Of a stretch of DNA of 64,000 nucleotides, positions 63,224 to 64,000 are shown one piece after another. The position numbers were made by a program, and so were the translations under genes. The notes beneath the pieces are model-generated. The model was not told the origin of the DNA and made no database searches. It saw only the letters and a program-made list of their open reading frames with translations. Where the stretch lies: the NCBI GenBank assembly GCA_964615885.1, contig CAZTRG010000281.1, forward strand, positions 144 through 64,143, given 5' to 3'. Every line of letters begins with the position of its first letter. The stretch's first letter is position 1. This DNA is from an uncultured Planctomycetia bacterium (GTDB lineage: Bacteria; Planctomycetota; UBA8108).

Positions 63224-63610
63224 ATGAAGTACACCACCGGAATCCTCGCAGCCACGCTGGCTGCCGCTGTTTTTGCGCTCGGCCTCTTCAGCACCGTTAA
63301 CGCGCAGACCAAGCCGAAATACACCATCAAGCAGATCATGAAGGACGGCCTCAAGGGAGGCCTTGCAAAGAAGGTCATCGAGGGCAAGGCCACCAGCCAG
63401 GAAAAGATCCAGCTGCTTGATTACACCATTGCCCTCTACGAGACCAAGCCCAAGAAGGGCGACCCGGCCGGCTGGACGAAGCTCACCGGTGATCTTGTTG
63501 CCGCCGCTGCCAAGGTCGCCATCGACCCCAAGGCCAGCACCGAGGCGCTCGGCAAGGCGGTCAACTGCAAGGCCTGTCACAACAAGCACAAATACGACAA
63601 GCCTAGATAA
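63224..63610 (+). CDS. secreted class II (cytochrome c'-like, four-helix) c-type cytochrome candidate
   Basis: Signal peptide, a helical Lys/Ala-rich body, and a single CKACH haem motif about 10 residues from the C-terminus. AGGGAG lies upstream of the ATG at 63224. Confidence 0.55.
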   Translation: MKYTTGILAATLAAAVFALGLFSTVNAQTKPKYTIKQIMKDGLKGGLAKKVIEGKATSQEKIQLLDYTIALYETKPKKGDPAGWTKLTGDLVAAAAKVAIDPKASTEALGKAVNCKACHNKHKYDKPR

Positions 63611-63630
63611 ACACAGCCCAGGCTCCTGAC

Positions 63631-63653
63631 CGGGGCTTGCCCCTGCTTTTTTT
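63631..63653 (+). terminator. weak intrinsic terminator candidate
   Basis: A short GC stem, GGGG-CUUG-CCCC, followed by a T7 run. Confidence 0.35.
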
Positions 63654-63679
63654 ACAGATCGAAGGAAAGTGACATACCC

Positions 63680-64000
63680 ATGATGAGGTTCCCCCGAAAG
63701 ACGCTCTGCCTCCCCGCCCTGGCACTCCTGCTGAGCCTTTCAGCCATTGCCGAGGCAGCTGACAAGCGCCCGAATATTCTCTTCATCTTCACCGATGACC
63801 ACGCCCCCCACGCTATCGGCGCCTACGGGACGAAGATCAACAAGCCGCCGCACATGGACCGGCTGGCACGCGAGGGAATGATCTACCACAACAGCTACTG
63901 CACCAACTCGATCTGCGGGCCGAGCCGCGCCGTGATCCTGACCGGCAAGCACAGCCACCTCAACGGCTTCATGACCAACGGCAACTCCTTCGACGGCTCC
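63680..64000 (+). CDS. sulfatase (arylsulfatase A family), N-terminal part; continues beyond the window
   Basis: Signal peptide, [11 protein letters not shown], and the formylglycine motif [16 protein letters not shown]. Confidence 0.9.
   Translation, partial: MMRFPRKTLCLPALALLLSLSAIAEAADKRPNILFIFTDDHAPHAIGAYGTKINKPPHMDRLAREGMIYHNSYCTNSICGPSRAVILTGKHSHLNGFMTNGNSFDGS

Noticed and set aside
1-64000. Looked for tRNA/rRNA/tmRNA/RNase P signatures, CRISPR-like spaced repeats, IS/transposase/integrase genes, toxin-antitoxin pairs and known defence-system hallmarks (helicase/nuclease/ATPase clusters)
   Set aside because: None were seen by eye in intergenic regions or ORF translations. Small ncRNAs cannot be excluded without covariance-model scans.

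Overview
This is a GC-rich, densely coding bacterial chromosomal segment with about 60 protein genes on both strands. I found no rRNA, tRNA, CRISPR array, transposase or integrase. The gene content looks Planctomycetota/PVC-like: FG-GAP propeller, DUF1080, sulfatase, several SMP-30 propellers, giant secreted proteins with dockerin-like tails, and tetrahydromethanopterin (H4MPT) biosynthesis genes. Housekeeping anchors are ligA, trpS, hemF, panD-panB, mgtE, rfbC-rfbD, a YeiP/EfpL-type EF-P, ROK glucokinase and a fused 5-oxoprolinase. All calls rest on my own reading of the six-frame ORFs and on motifs I recognise; no searches were run. The ORF track renders TTG/GTG starts as M and always takes the longest ORF, so I re-derived many starts from internal ATGs, signal peptides, RBS-like purine runs and 4-nt stop/start overlaps. 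Many long ORFs in the track are antisense shadows of real genes, as expected at this GC content. The main findings are listed here. (1) An AhpC-type peroxiredoxin is split in the ORF track by an in-frame TGA exactly at the peroxidatic-Cys codon, with a SECIS-like hairpin 12 nt downstream, which predicts a selenoprotein. (2) A translationally coupled trio of PabA-like amidotransferase, DUF447 and beta-RFAP synthase points to pABA-fed methanopterin biosynthesis. (3) Three large secreted proteins share a conserved C-terminal dockerin-like double EF-hand tail with conserved Cys, and two of them share four copies of a roughly 165-aa GYGD jelly-roll-like module. A membrane-anchored Pro-rich protein lies divergent to one of them. 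(4) Smaller oddities include tandem TMEM14 paralogues, a tandem S51 peptidase, a DUF1611-epimerase pair, a LysR regulator divergent from panDB, and hemF with no ATG/GTG start. I see no canonical defence, toxin-antitoxin or mobile system in the window.
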